Numbered from the stretch's first letter, positions 38,528-46,712 are shown. The stretch: 64,000 bases of DNA from an uncultured Bdellovibrionales bacterium (GCA_964500125.1 CAZCMV010000003.1:11523-75522), one strand, 5' to 3'. Notes: a model not told the origin generated them from the letters alone. Made by a program: numbers and translations.

Positions 38528-38543
38528 CTCCGCCAGCTGGCGG
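38528..38543. repeat. 16-bp perfect palindrome TCCGCCAGCTGGCGGA (copy 1; identical copy at about 43547-43562).
   Basis: Exact self-complementarity. Confidence 0.7.
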
Positions 38544-38558
38544 AGAGCTATCGCGGAA
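38544..38558 (-). repeat. 15-bp direct repeat of the tRNA-Asn 5' end (GAGCTATCGCGGAAT). Partner copy at 38246-38260 within the tRNA.
   Basis: Exact 15/15 match, same orientation, about 298 bp apart, bracketing the GIY-YIG gene. Confidence 0.7.
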
Positions 38559-38764
38559 TGTATTTTGTTGTAAAAAATTGCCCTTTCAAGCAACAAAAAC
38601 AGCATATCAAATATTTACATCTTTGGCAAGGGTGGACGAAGAAAAAAATCCTTTTAACATCAACTCCTTACCTCTTTCATGCTATACAGGCACTATGAAA
38701 ACAGAAGTAGAGATTTTGTCCCTATTTTACATTCATTAAGTTGAGGGTCGTTCTAAACCTGATT

Positions 38765-38791
38765 TAGGTTCGAGTCCTACTCGCGGAGCCA
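38765..38791 (+). pseudogene. Pseudo-tRNA: 3' fragment (T-arm, acceptor, CCA) homologous to tRNA-Asn, inverted relative to the intact gene; no 5' half.
   Basis: TAGGTTCGAGTCCTACTCGCGGAGCCA versus tRNA-Asn CAGGTTCGAGTCCTGGTCGCGGAGCCA (24/27). Confidence 0.55.
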
Positions 38792-38797
38792 AATTGC

Positions 38798-38822
38798 AAA
38801 AGAGCCAAATTAAGGCTCTTTT
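38798..38822 (+). terminator. Hairpin terminator (AGAGCC-AAATTAA-GGCTCT, T4) immediately 3' of the pseudo-tRNA fragment.
   Basis: Looks like the original terminator of the lost tRNA copy. Confidence 0.4.
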
Positions 38823-38886
38823 GTGATATTTCGTGGGTTCTAACATACTATGTTCAAACCTGCCAAATAATATTACCCAAAACATA

Positions 38887-39031
38887 AATGTTAAATAAGG
38901 AATAGCTGGCATGATAAATAACGGTTTTTATTATGATAAATAATTGAAAATACTATATCCCATAAAAACGCTTGACTTAGCTATTAATAGGCATATAATG
39001 TTAAATAATGAATATTGTAAATGTTAAATAA
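38887..39031 (+). promoter_or_regulatory. Three direct repeats of (A)TAAATGTTAAATAA at about 38887, 38997 and 39020, the last two overlapping the -10 and leader of the Fic gene promoter.
   Basis: 12/12-nt identical cores. Repeats 2 and 3 are spaced 23 bp apart. Confidence 0.5.
38972..38999 (+). promoter_or_regulatory. Near-consensus sigma70 promoter: TTGACT, 16-nt spacer, TATAAT, 38 nt upstream of the Fic ATG.
   Basis: Both hexamers at most 1 mismatch from consensus. Confidence 0.55.
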
Positions 39032-39036
39032 GTTAT

Positions 39037-40200
39037 ATGTCTATAAAAATTTATGACCCCAAATACGGAAGCAAACTTACTGGTGTAATTTTTGAATTAG
39101 AAAAACTTCGAGTTAAAAAGCTGGGTGGGCCTGTTTCTCCTCATGTTTTTTTTCAAATAAAAGATATTTTTCAGATGCTGGAAAGCTTGGGCTCTGCAAG
39201 AATAGAGGGTAATAATACTACATTAGCGGAATATGTTGAGAAGGTTATTGAAAACAGATCAAAGAAAATTGTTGCCGATGAAAAATTTAAGGAGATTGAA
39301 AATATAGACAAAGCAATTGGTTTCATTGAGAAAAATGTAAATAAGCTAACCAAGTTTGACAGAGCTCTTATTTCTGAGATACATAAAATTCTTGTAGAAG
39401 GACTGACACCTCCTCCTACAGGGGAGGGTTCTTGTTATCCTGGAATGTTGCGATCGATAAATGTAACTATACAAAAATCAAGTCATATTCCTCCGGAAGC
39501 AATAAAAGTTCCAGAGTTATTTGATGAGCTTATGGATTTTGTTAATCAGCCGCTTGATACGCAGTACCATTTGTTGGCTATAGCATTATCTCATCATAAA
39601 ATGGCATGGATACATCCTTTTGATAATGGAAATGGTAGGCTTGTAAGAATGTTTACTTATGCATTTCTTATAAAACAAGGATTTCAGGTAAAAAGTGGAA
39701 GAATATTAAATCCAACCGCAATTTTTTGCATGGATCGAAATAGATACTACGAAATGCTTTCGTTGGCTGATTCCGAAGAAGAAGATAATGTCTTGGAATG
39801 GTGCTCGTATGTTCTCGAGGGGTTGCGTTCCGAAATAGAAAAAATAGATAATCTTCTCGATTTGCAATATATAATTGATGTTATTTTATTGCCTATGCTT
39901 TCATATTCTTTAGAGCGTGAGCACATAACGAAGCGTGAGTATCAGATACTTACTGCTATCGTTAAAAATAGTGAAATGACTATTAAATCTGCAGATCTTG
40001 AAAAAATCCTTGGTGAAGAATCACCCGTGCAGCGTTCTCGGATATTAAAAAAATTAAAGGATAGAGCAATGCTTATATCGCTTAAAGAGAACGGCAGAAT
40101 TTATACCATAGGTTTTGCAAATAACTACTTACTTCGTGGCATAATCCATGTTTTGCGGGAAAATGGATTTATTCCAGGATCATTGGATAGTAAAAATTAG
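39037..40200 (+). CDS. Fic/Doc-family protein (putative AMPylase/toxin-like) with a C-terminal winged-helix-like region.
   Basis: Canonical Fic motif 'HPFDNGNGRLVRM'. 387 aa. Confidence 0.8.
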   Translation: MSIKIYDPKYGSKLTGVIFELEKLRVKKLGGPVSPHVFFQIKDIFQMLESLGSARIEGNNTTLAEYVEKVIENRSKKIVADEKFKEIENIDKAIGFIEKNVNKLTKFDRALISEIHKILVEGLTPPPTGEGSCYPGMLRSINVTIQKSSHIPPEAIKVPELFDELMDFVNQPLDTQYHLLAIALSHHKMAWIHPFDNGNGRLVRMFTYAFLIKQGFQVKSGRILNPTAIFCMDRNRYYEMLSLADSEEEDNVLEWCSYVLEGLRSEIEKIDNLLDLQYIIDVILLPMLSYSLEREHITKREYQILTAIVKNSEMTIKSADLEKILGEESPVQRSRILKKLKDRAMLISLKENGRIYTIGFANNYLLRGIIHVLRENGFIPGSLDSKN

Positions 40201-40255
40201 TTTTGTTGTATTAATGTTCTGAGTTCTTTTATTTATAATTCTTAAGGAGGTAAAT

Positions 40256-40546
40256 ATGGGAACAAAAGGGCATAGGAATGGAGGTAAAATAGGCGGTAGG
40301 CATACTACAGTTTCGGAACATGCCACAAAAGTCGTCGATTTTGCTGAAAAACTTCCGGAGGTGACCCGAATAAGTATCGGGCGTCTGACGGCGGGAATCA
40401 AAAACGCACCGCATTGCATCAAACTGGTAGAAAGATCAGGAGGATTATTGGTTAAAGTTCGTGGTAGCAATACTATTCAAGAGTTCACAATATATTCGAA
40501 TGATGTGAGGAGAACCATTAATGCAATCAAAGAAAATTTTAGTTAA
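40256..40546 (+). CDS. Hypothetical small protein, 96 aa, Gly/Lys/Arg-rich N-terminus.
   Basis: Strong RBS AAGGAGG with 5-nt spacing. A -10 TATAAT about 20 nt upstream. No recognised domain. Confidence 0.55.
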   Translation: MGTKGHRNGGKIGGRHTTVSEHATKVVDFAEKLPEVTRISIGRLTAGIKNAPHCIKLVERSGGLLVKVRGSNTIQEFTIYSNDVRRTINAIKENFS

Positions 40547-40654
40547 AAGTAGAGCACCATTTATTTAAAGTCGTGTGATAAAAGATCATGCGACTTTTTT
40601 GTAATTAAAATAAACACCGCATTTCTTGTTTGAAATGCGGTGTGCGTTTTAGAA

Positions 40655-41212
40655 TTAAAGCTTGCGCCCATTCTTTTCAGCGGTTATTGTCTTCAAATCA
40701 AGATCATCCAACAGAATGAGGCGATGTGCCTTTTCCCGGAGTTCTTTTGACAAAGTTCCTCTTGTGGAAACCACTGTAGTCTTGATGTCGTAGTTATTCG
40801 CCTCGTCAATTAAGTAGGCGAAATCGGAATCGCCGGAAATAAGGATTATTTCCTTGCAATCTCTTCTCCAAATACAACGGCAGATATCCACGGCAATTTC
40901 AACATCGAAATTAGCCTTGTTTTTGTCGCCGTTTTTGGTGCAAATAGTTTTACAATCTTTTGTGATTACTTTAAAACCAATAATTTGCAGGAAATCGTGA
41001 AACTTTTTCAATTTTTGCACTGCTTCAGCATCGCCATTTCTTTTTTCCGTGTAAATGTTTTTTGTGGCTATTTCCGATCCTAGGGTTATGGTGCCGATCA
41101 GTTTTTCAAAGTCAATACGCGTTCCAGAGTTCATGTTGCGGGATTTTTTGATTTGTTCGAGGCCACTATTGATATTTGCCAACTCGATAAAAACTGCTAC
41201 GTTGCTGTTCAT
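40655..41212 (-). CDS. NYN-domain (LabA/DUF88-like) putative ribonuclease.
   Basis: 'VAVFIELANI', 'FDVEIAVD', 'LISGDSDF' acidic NYN/PIN-like motifs. Start set at MNSNVAVF with RBS AGGAGA; the track ORF has 55 extra upstream codons. Confidence 0.6.
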   Translation of the reverse strand: MNSNVAVFIELANINSGLEQIKKSRNMNSGTRIDFEKLIGTITLGSEIATKNIYTEKRNGDAEAVQKLKKFHDFLQIIGFKVITKDCKTICTKNGDKNKANFDVEIAVDICRCIWRRDCKEIILISGDSDFAYLIDEANNYDIKTTVVSTRGTLSKELREKAHRLILLDDLDLKTITAEKNGRKL

Positions 41213-41632
41213 GCAATTTCTCCTTCTGGTGCTGAGACTTTTGGGATAAATACAAAAGGTGCAACAATATCGTGCTACTGAATAATTGCTACAACACCAC
41301 CTCCTTTCAAAGAACATCATTTTAATGTAAATGTTTAATTCAAATATGTCAATATTTCGTGGGCGTAAATATTTCAAACAAATATGTTATAATCAAATAA
41401 CATGTTTGTTAATTTTAAAAATAGAAAATGAATCCTAAGGCAGGCGCTAGTAATGGGAATTTTGCTGTTTAGTGTGGTCGTTGATAAATTTTTGAAATAT
41501 CAAAATGGCCGATAAGAATACGAAAAATGAATGTATGCAAGTAAGAAAGAAAACTTCAATCGGATGGTTCAGGTGTGGCTTGTTCTGGTTTGTGCTGTAA
41601 ATTGGCGCTTTGTAGAATACCAAGTAAATTAA

Positions 41633-43084
41633 ATGGACAAGAAAAAAAATGAAAAAAATAAAATAAAATTCTCAAAATTGTTCCATGTCCATCTTACGCT
41701 TACGGGAACAATTTTTGCTATGTACATAATTTTTTCCTTGGTTTGGTCGCCGGAATTCTTGCTTGCCGATATAAGGAACAAATTCCAAGCGTTGGCTGAC
41801 GAAATAGTTAATATTTCTGCACATGTAGTCGGTCCACCTCAAAAACCTATAGTTTCAGCTAATGCAGTTTGTAACAACGGCAATCTATATGTCAATTTGG
41901 ATTGGGCGGATGATGACGGTTCGGAAAGTTTTGATGTTGAAAGGGATGGAAGCATTTTGGTGGCGGGCATAAATTCTTCCGAGTATAAGGATAGTAATTT
42001 AACAGTGGGAAACATTCATTCCTATGTGGTAACAGCAAGGGGATCAATGGGGCCTGGTTTTGCCGTTTCTGATCCTGTGACAGTGACGACTCCGGCGGAA
42101 TGTAAAGTGGTGTTGCCTCCACCAAGCGTGACAATTACTGGTATAAATAAAGGCAGTGTTAATGGAGTTATGCAAATGATTGCAACTACTTCTCAAACCC
42201 CCGTCATTTACGGCACTACTAATGTAGCGAATGCTTTGGTGGATATAGTTATCAGCGGAAATGTTAATTTTGTTTCGCAAGAGATCGCCAGCAGTAACGG
42301 TTATTGGCAATGGCAGCCGCCAACGAATTTGCCATACGGTGATTATAATATTTTTGTCACTGTGAATGATCCTAATGATTCTGATAGGACAGTAACCGCG
42401 CAATATGCCTTGCGTGTGTCCAAAGAAAAAGAAGAAGAAAAAAACAGCGGCAATAAAAAAGGGGAAAAACCAAAAAGTGTCAGTTCGGAATTAATAAATG
42501 ATCCGCAACAAGAAAGTGAAAATAAGCAAAATGTTAACCAGGAGGAACCAGAAATTCCGCTGACATATAGCCTGTTTTTGGGCAGTGTGGAAGTTTTGCA
42601 AGGAAGGAATCTGAGCGCTTCAATTGTTATTGAAAATGTGGCTGAAAAATTTTTGGGACGTGAAGCAATTGTTAGATATTCAATCTTTGATAGCAAGGGT
42701 AAATTAATCAGTGAAGATTTTACCAGTACTGTTTTGGAAAAAGGCAAAAGAGTTGATAAATATTTGCCTATTTCCAAATCAATGCTTGCAGGTGGATATA
42801 ATTTGAACAGCGAAATAATTTTCAGTGACTATGATGTTAGTCGAAATGCCAGCTTCATGGTGCTTGCTTTACCGGCGGTAAAACTCGGTGGGGGATTTGT
42901 GATTAATTATCAGGATCTGCTGAGTGAAATTGGCACAGTTTCCTTGTGGTTTTTGGTTGTATTGTTTATTTGGCTGGGCATTCTTTCGCGTGAATATTGG
43001 CTTTCCATGAATGCGCTAGATCATATTACAGAAAAAAGTTTGACCAATTTGGGTATGGTGCCGATGCGAAAGAAAAAGCGATAG
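41633..43084 (+). CDS. Cell-surface protein, 483 aa (N-terminal signal/anchor, beta-rich ectodomain, C-terminal TM anchor).
   Basis: Hydrophobic N- and C-terminal segments. Lys/Glu-rich linker 'KEKEEEKNSGNKKGEKPK'. Confidence 0.5.
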   Translation: MDKKKNEKNKIKFSKLFHVHLTLTGTIFAMYIIFSLVWSPEFLLADIRNKFQALADEIVNISAHVVGPPQKPIVSANAVCNNGNLYVNLDWADDDGSESFDVERDGSILVAGINSSEYKDSNLTVGNIHSYVVTARGSMGPGFAVSDPVTVTTPAECKVVLPPPSVTITGINKGSVNGVMQMIATTSQTPVIYGTTNVANALVDIVISGNVNFVSQEIASSNGYWQWQPPTNLPYGDYNIFVTVNDPNDSDRTVTAQYALRVSKEKEEEKNSGNKKGEKPKSVSSELINDPQQESENKQNVNQEEPEIPLTYSLFLGSVEVLQGRNLSASIVIENVAEKFLGREAIVRYSIFDSKGKLISEDFTSTVLEKGKRVDKYLPISKSMLAGGYNLNSEIIFSDYDVSRNASFMVLALPAVKLGGGFVINYQDLLSEIGTVSLWFLVVLFIWLGILSREYWLSMNALDHITEKSLTNLGMVPMRKKKR

Positions 43085-43185
43085 CGTGATATAATTAAAA
43101 TAGTTTTTACAAAGATTATTTTTCAAACTCATGCGATTTACAATCAAGTCGCAATGAGCCGCTATACGCCATGACAAATTTATGC

Positions 43186-43210
43186 AATGAAGCGCTCCGC
43201 TGGCTGGCGG
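43186..43210. repeat. Second copy of the GAAGCGCTCCGCYGGYTGGCGG element (variant palindrome CCGCTGGCTGGCGG). Compare the copy at about 12233-12256.
   Basis: 21/23-nt match between the two copies. Confidence 0.5.
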
Positions 43211-43229
43211 GTAATTATTTTGTAATTTA

Positions 43230-43538
43230 GTGTGTTGTATGGAAAAATATTTTTATCTCGTCAATGCCATCACTATCGCCGCATTATTATTGGCGATTGC
43301 TTATACTGCTGGTATTGTATGGCGCACAGAAAACGAGCTGGACGTGTCGTATAAATTTTTTCTGGCAGGAGTTGTATTTTTATTGATAGCGGAAGTAGCG
43401 GATCTCTACTATGCAATTGATAGGCAAATGATTATTGCGTTGCTTATAAAAATCCTGAAAGCCTTGTTTGCTGTTTGCTTTTTAGTTGGCACGCTTTTCA
43501 TGCGTGACATTATGCGCAAACTTGATGGAGAGAAATGA
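43230..43538 (+). CDS. Small 3-TM membrane protein, about 100 aa.
   Basis: ORF with three hydrophobic helices. Confidence 0.35.
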   Translation: MCCMEKYFYLVNAITIAALLLAIAYTAGIVWRTENELDVSYKFFLAGVVFLLIAEVADLYYAIDRQMIIALLIKILKALFAVCFLVGTLFMRDIMRKLDGEK

Positions 43539-43546
43539 GGTGTAAA

Positions 43547-43562
43547 TCCGCCAGCTGGCGGA
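43547..43562. repeat. 16-bp palindrome TCCGCCAGCTGGCGGA (copy 2), 9 nt after the preceding stop codon.
   Basis: Identical to the copy at about 38528-38543. Confidence 0.7.
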
Positions 43563-43601
43563 CAAAATATAAAATACAACAAAGGAAATACAAAAGGCTT
43601 T

Positions 43602-44318
43602 ATGGCTAAGTATCATTTGAAAAATATATTTGCAGCAATTTCAATCGTCGCATGTGTGTTTGCGGCCTCTTTTGCTCAAGCTGATATGAGCAGCTCCAGT
43701 TATTCCATCAGCGCTGACGCAATCAACATCGGGGGAGGCAGACAAGTTTCTGAAGAATATGTGGAGCAAAATATGTTGGGCGAAGTCGGTACTGGCGGTT
43801 TGCGCAGTTCGACGTATATCATGGATGCCGGTTTCTTGGCGATGGTTGGCAATGAGGAGATACTTACTTTTGAGATGACCAAAAACACAGCAGATCTGGG
43901 CACATTGGTCAGTAACTTGGTCAAAGCGGATACGGCAACTTTTCGTGCTGCTACCACAGCCAAAAGCGGTTATGCAATTTCCGTATATGGCAATTCGCTT
44001 TCTTCAGTTTCACACACTATTGAGCCGCTTTCCAGCGCCTCCAGTTCTTCCACAGGCAATGAACAATTCGGTTTTAATTTGAGGCAAAACAACAATCCCA
44101 CAATAGGAAGTGATCCCAGTGGGGGAAATGGGCAGGCAGCAATGGGATATTCAACTACGGATGCATATAAATTCACTTCTGGCGATATCATTGCCGAGTC
44201 CTCTAATCAGTCAACATATACTAATTACACTGCATCCTTCATTGGCAATATCAGTAATATCAGTGATGCAGGAGAATATGCTACAAGTCTTACGATCGCG
44301 GTAACTGGCAGGTTCTAA
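43602..44318 (+). CDS. Secreted beta-rich surface protein, paralogue A (WxL-domain-like C-terminus ending ...GEYATSLTIAVTGRF).
   Basis: Signal peptide. Ser/Thr/Gly/Asn-rich. C-terminal motif shared with the next gene. Confidence 0.5.
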   Translation: MAKYHLKNIFAAISIVACVFAASFAQADMSSSSYSISADAINIGGGRQVSEEYVEQNMLGEVGTGGLRSSTYIMDAGFLAMVGNEEILTFEMTKNTADLGTLVSNLVKADTATFRAATTAKSGYAISVYGNSLSSVSHTIEPLSSASSSSTGNEQFGFNLRQNNNPTIGSDPSGGNGQAAMGYSTTDAYKFTSGDIIAESSNQSTYTNYTASFIGNISNISDAGEYATSLTIAVTGRF

Positions 44319-44414
44319 AAATGGATAAGTAGCCATAGGGGATTTGACAAAAGTATGTTATTATACACATGGAAGGAAAGATGCTTTTGAAAAGTAAAAT
44401 AAAAATATAAACAT

Positions 44415-45497
44415 ATGCAAAAAAATGAATTTAAAGTGAAATATGTTTTGCTAGTTTGTAGAGATTTGTTAACACTTTTGTTGTTAGTTTGTATTATTGT
44501 GCCAGCTTTTAATGTCAAGGCAGCATCAATGCCTGCTCGTGATTACATGAATCGAAACACTGCTAATCTCACAACTGGCGTAACGCATGAAATAATTTTT
44601 ACTCCAGCAACAATGACCTCAGGAAGCTTGATATTGATATTTCCTGATGCTGATGATGGATTATGGTGTCGCACCGCAGGTTCTTTAGCTACCGCAACAA
44701 CTTCGCTTCATGATTCTGCAACAGCTCTTCCTGGGACACTTTCGGCAAGCTGTACGCAAGGTTCTGGAGCCTCAAATTATGACACTATAACCATAACGGG
44801 CATGGGAAGTATAACCGGTGGTTCAACATATGGAGTTAGAATTTCCGGAAATACTGGAGCACTGGGAACAACAAGTTCAGCAACAACTTCAATTGTTACA
44901 GTTAAGACAAACAATGGTAGCGATGTTGACTCCAGAAATATCGCTCTTGTTACTGTGGCTAATGATCAGATAAGCATCACTGGAAAAGTTGATCCGACTT
45001 TTACTTTTGGTATAACTGACACTCAAATCGGTTTTGGTACTATCACTTCTGCCGCTTTGCGTCACGCCACAGCTGATGAAGTCGGCGCCGCTTCCGCTCC
45101 GGAAAATGGTGCGCCAACCACAATTTCAGCTTCAACAAATGCGCAGTCGGGCCTTGTTATTGAGGTGAGAGATCAGAATGCAGCAGCCGGAAGCGGTATG
45201 TATAATTCCAGCCCGGAAACTACTTTGACTTCTCGCGCCAGTACAGCGGTTTCCGCAGGTACAATTGGTTTTGGTGTATATGGAAAAAATGCTTCCAATA
45301 TAACTTTAGATGAAGGTTTTGATCATGATTCCGATTCTGATTTGGCAATCAGCACTTCTTTTCAGACGATAGCTTCCGCTGCTGCGCCAGTATCTTCAGC
45401 ATCTTTTGACTTGGCTGCGGTATCGGCTGTGGCTGCTTCCACGGCGCCTGGTGATTATGCCGATACTTTGACGCTGGTGGCAACTGGAAGATTCTGA
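44415..45497 (+). CDS. Secreted beta-rich surface protein, paralogue B (ends ...GDYADTLTLVATGRF).
   Basis: Signal peptide. Thr/Ser/Ala/Gly-rich. Same C-terminal G-[DE]-Y-A-x-[ST]-L-T-[IL]-x-[AV]-T-G-R-F motif as paralogue A. Confidence 0.5.
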   Translation: MQKNEFKVKYVLLVCRDLLTLLLLVCIIVPAFNVKAASMPARDYMNRNTANLTTGVTHEIIFTPATMTSGSLILIFPDADDGLWCRTAGSLATATTSLHDSATALPGTLSASCTQGSGASNYDTITITGMGSITGGSTYGVRISGNTGALGTTSSATTSIVTVKTNNGSDVDSRNIALVTVANDQISITGKVDPTFTFGITDTQIGFGTITSAALRHATADEVGAASAPENGAPTTISASTNAQSGLVIEVRDQNAAAGSGMYNSSPETTLTSRASTAVSAGTIGFGVYGKNASNITLDEGFDHDSDSDLAISTSFQTIASAAAPVSSASFDLAAVSAVAASTAPGDYADTLTLVATGRF

Positions 45498-45528
45498 ATA
45501 ATTGAAATGGGGGTATAAAATAGTTTAT

Positions 45529-46518
45529 ATGAAAAATTATTTCGCATTTACCGCTAGTATCATTATTTTTGCCAGCATTCTTCTTGGCGTGCGCGATGCG
45601 CACGCTCTTACTGTTTCTCCGCCGGTCAAAGAATTAGCCGGCGATCCTGGTTCGGTCGTGCAGTATGTTGTTAAGCTTTATAACGAAACCAGGGATGCAG
45701 TGACTGTGAAAGCAACAGCAACTAATTTCACTGCCAAGGAAAATGGCGCGGGCGAGCCTCAGTTTGCAGATTTAGGAACCGAAAGAGAAGCGACGCATGA
45801 CCTTGCCTCTTGGATGTCTGTGCCCGAGGGTTTGATTACAATTAATCCGCTTGATTGGCAAACTGTCATCATTAATATTAATATCCCTAAGGACGCTGAA
45901 CCGGGCGGGCACTATGCAGCCGCATTTTTTACGCCGAATAAAATCGAAAACACCGGTAAAGATGGCGTAAGTGTGGATTATAAAACAGGATCCCTGGCAT
46001 TGCTTACTGTTACGGGTGAAGCCAGGCAAGGTGGCAATGTCAAAAGTTTTACTCTTAGAGGCGACAAATCTTTTTATGAATATGTCCCAGTAAACATGGA
46101 ACTGCGCGTGGAAAACACAGGCAACGTGCATTTTAAACCGGGTGGCATGGTGGAAATTAAAAATATTTTCAACAAAAAAGCTGGCGAAATTGCCGTAACG
46201 GATTCTGATTCCGGTGGCAATGTCTTGCCGAATAGTACTCGCAGATATGATTTGACCTGGGAAAAACAAGAAGACAAAAATGGTCCGCAAGATTTTTGGT
46301 CTAAAGTGCAATATGAATTCAAACATTTTCGCTGTGGACGCTATGTCGCTACTGCTTCTGTGGACTTGCCACAGGGTCAAGCTGCTCCACATACTCTTTC
46401 TTTTTGGATTATTCCGTGGCAACTGTTGTTGGTAGTTATTATAGGTCTTACTTTATTGATTCTCTTATTTAGAACGTATAATCGCTGGATAATCAAGAAG
46501 GCAAAAAATGGTTGCTAA
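45529..46518 (+). CDS. Surface protein with signal peptide and C-terminal TM anchor plus short basic tail (DUF916/DUF3324-like, CscA-like architecture).
   Basis: 'ALTVSPPVKELAGDPGS' after the signal. C-terminal 'FWIIPWQLLLVVIIGLTLLILLFRTYNRW'. Start set at MKNYF; the track ORF starts at TTG 27 nt upstream. Confidence 0.45.
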   Translation: MKNYFAFTASIIIFASILLGVRDAHALTVSPPVKELAGDPGSVVQYVVKLYNETRDAVTVKATATNFTAKENGAGEPQFADLGTEREATHDLASWMSVPEGLITINPLDWQTVIININIPKDAEPGGHYAAAFFTPNKIENTGKDGVSVDYKTGSLALLTVTGEARQGGNVKSFTLRGDKSFYEYVPVNMELRVENTGNVHFKPGGMVEIKNIFNKKAGEIAVTDSDSGGNVLPNSTRRYDLTWEKQEDKNGPQDFWSKVQYEFKHFRCGRYVATASVDLPQGQAAPHTLSFWIIPWQLLLVVIIGLTLLILLFRTYNRWIIKKAKNGC

Positions 46519-46582
46519 AGTTTTTAAGTTGCAAAATCCAAAAAACATATAAATTTCTTGTCAATATTATTTCGTTCCCTAA

Positions 46583-46606
46583 AGCTCCCATCCAGGGGAG
46601 CTTTTC
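46583..46606 (+). terminator. Intrinsic terminator after the anchored surface-protein gene.
   Basis: AGCTCCC-ATCCAG-GGGAGCT then TTTT. Confidence 0.5.
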
Positions 46607-46612
46607 AATTAA

Positions 46613-46641
46613 TTGACTTTAGGCAAAAAAACTGCTATAAT
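46613..46641 (+). promoter_or_regulatory. Consensus sigma70 promoter: TTGACT, 17-nt spacer, TATAAT.
   Basis: Perfect -10, 5/6 -35, optimal spacing. Confidence 0.6.
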
Positions 46642-46664
46642 AGATGTATATAGAAGTGGAGGAA

Positions 46665-46686
46665 AACGGGTGAAAGCCCGTTTTTT
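46665..46686 (+). promoter_or_regulatory. Leader hairpin plus U-tract (AACGGG-TGAAAG-CCCGTT-TTTTTT) in the 5' UTR of the 957-aa gene. Paralogous copy upstream of the gene at 60159.
   Basis: Terminator-like structure roughly 20 nt downstream of the promoter and roughly 25 nt before the ATG. Confidence 0.5.
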
Positions 46687-46712
46687 ATCTATTTCAGGTC
46701 AAAAATTTAGGC

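Noticed and set aside
38765-38791. Possible second intact tRNA-Asn on the plus strand
   Set aside because: Only the T-arm, acceptor and CCA are present. No complementary 5' acceptor strand (TCCGCGA) is found 65-75 nt upstream, so it is called a pseudo-tRNA fragment.
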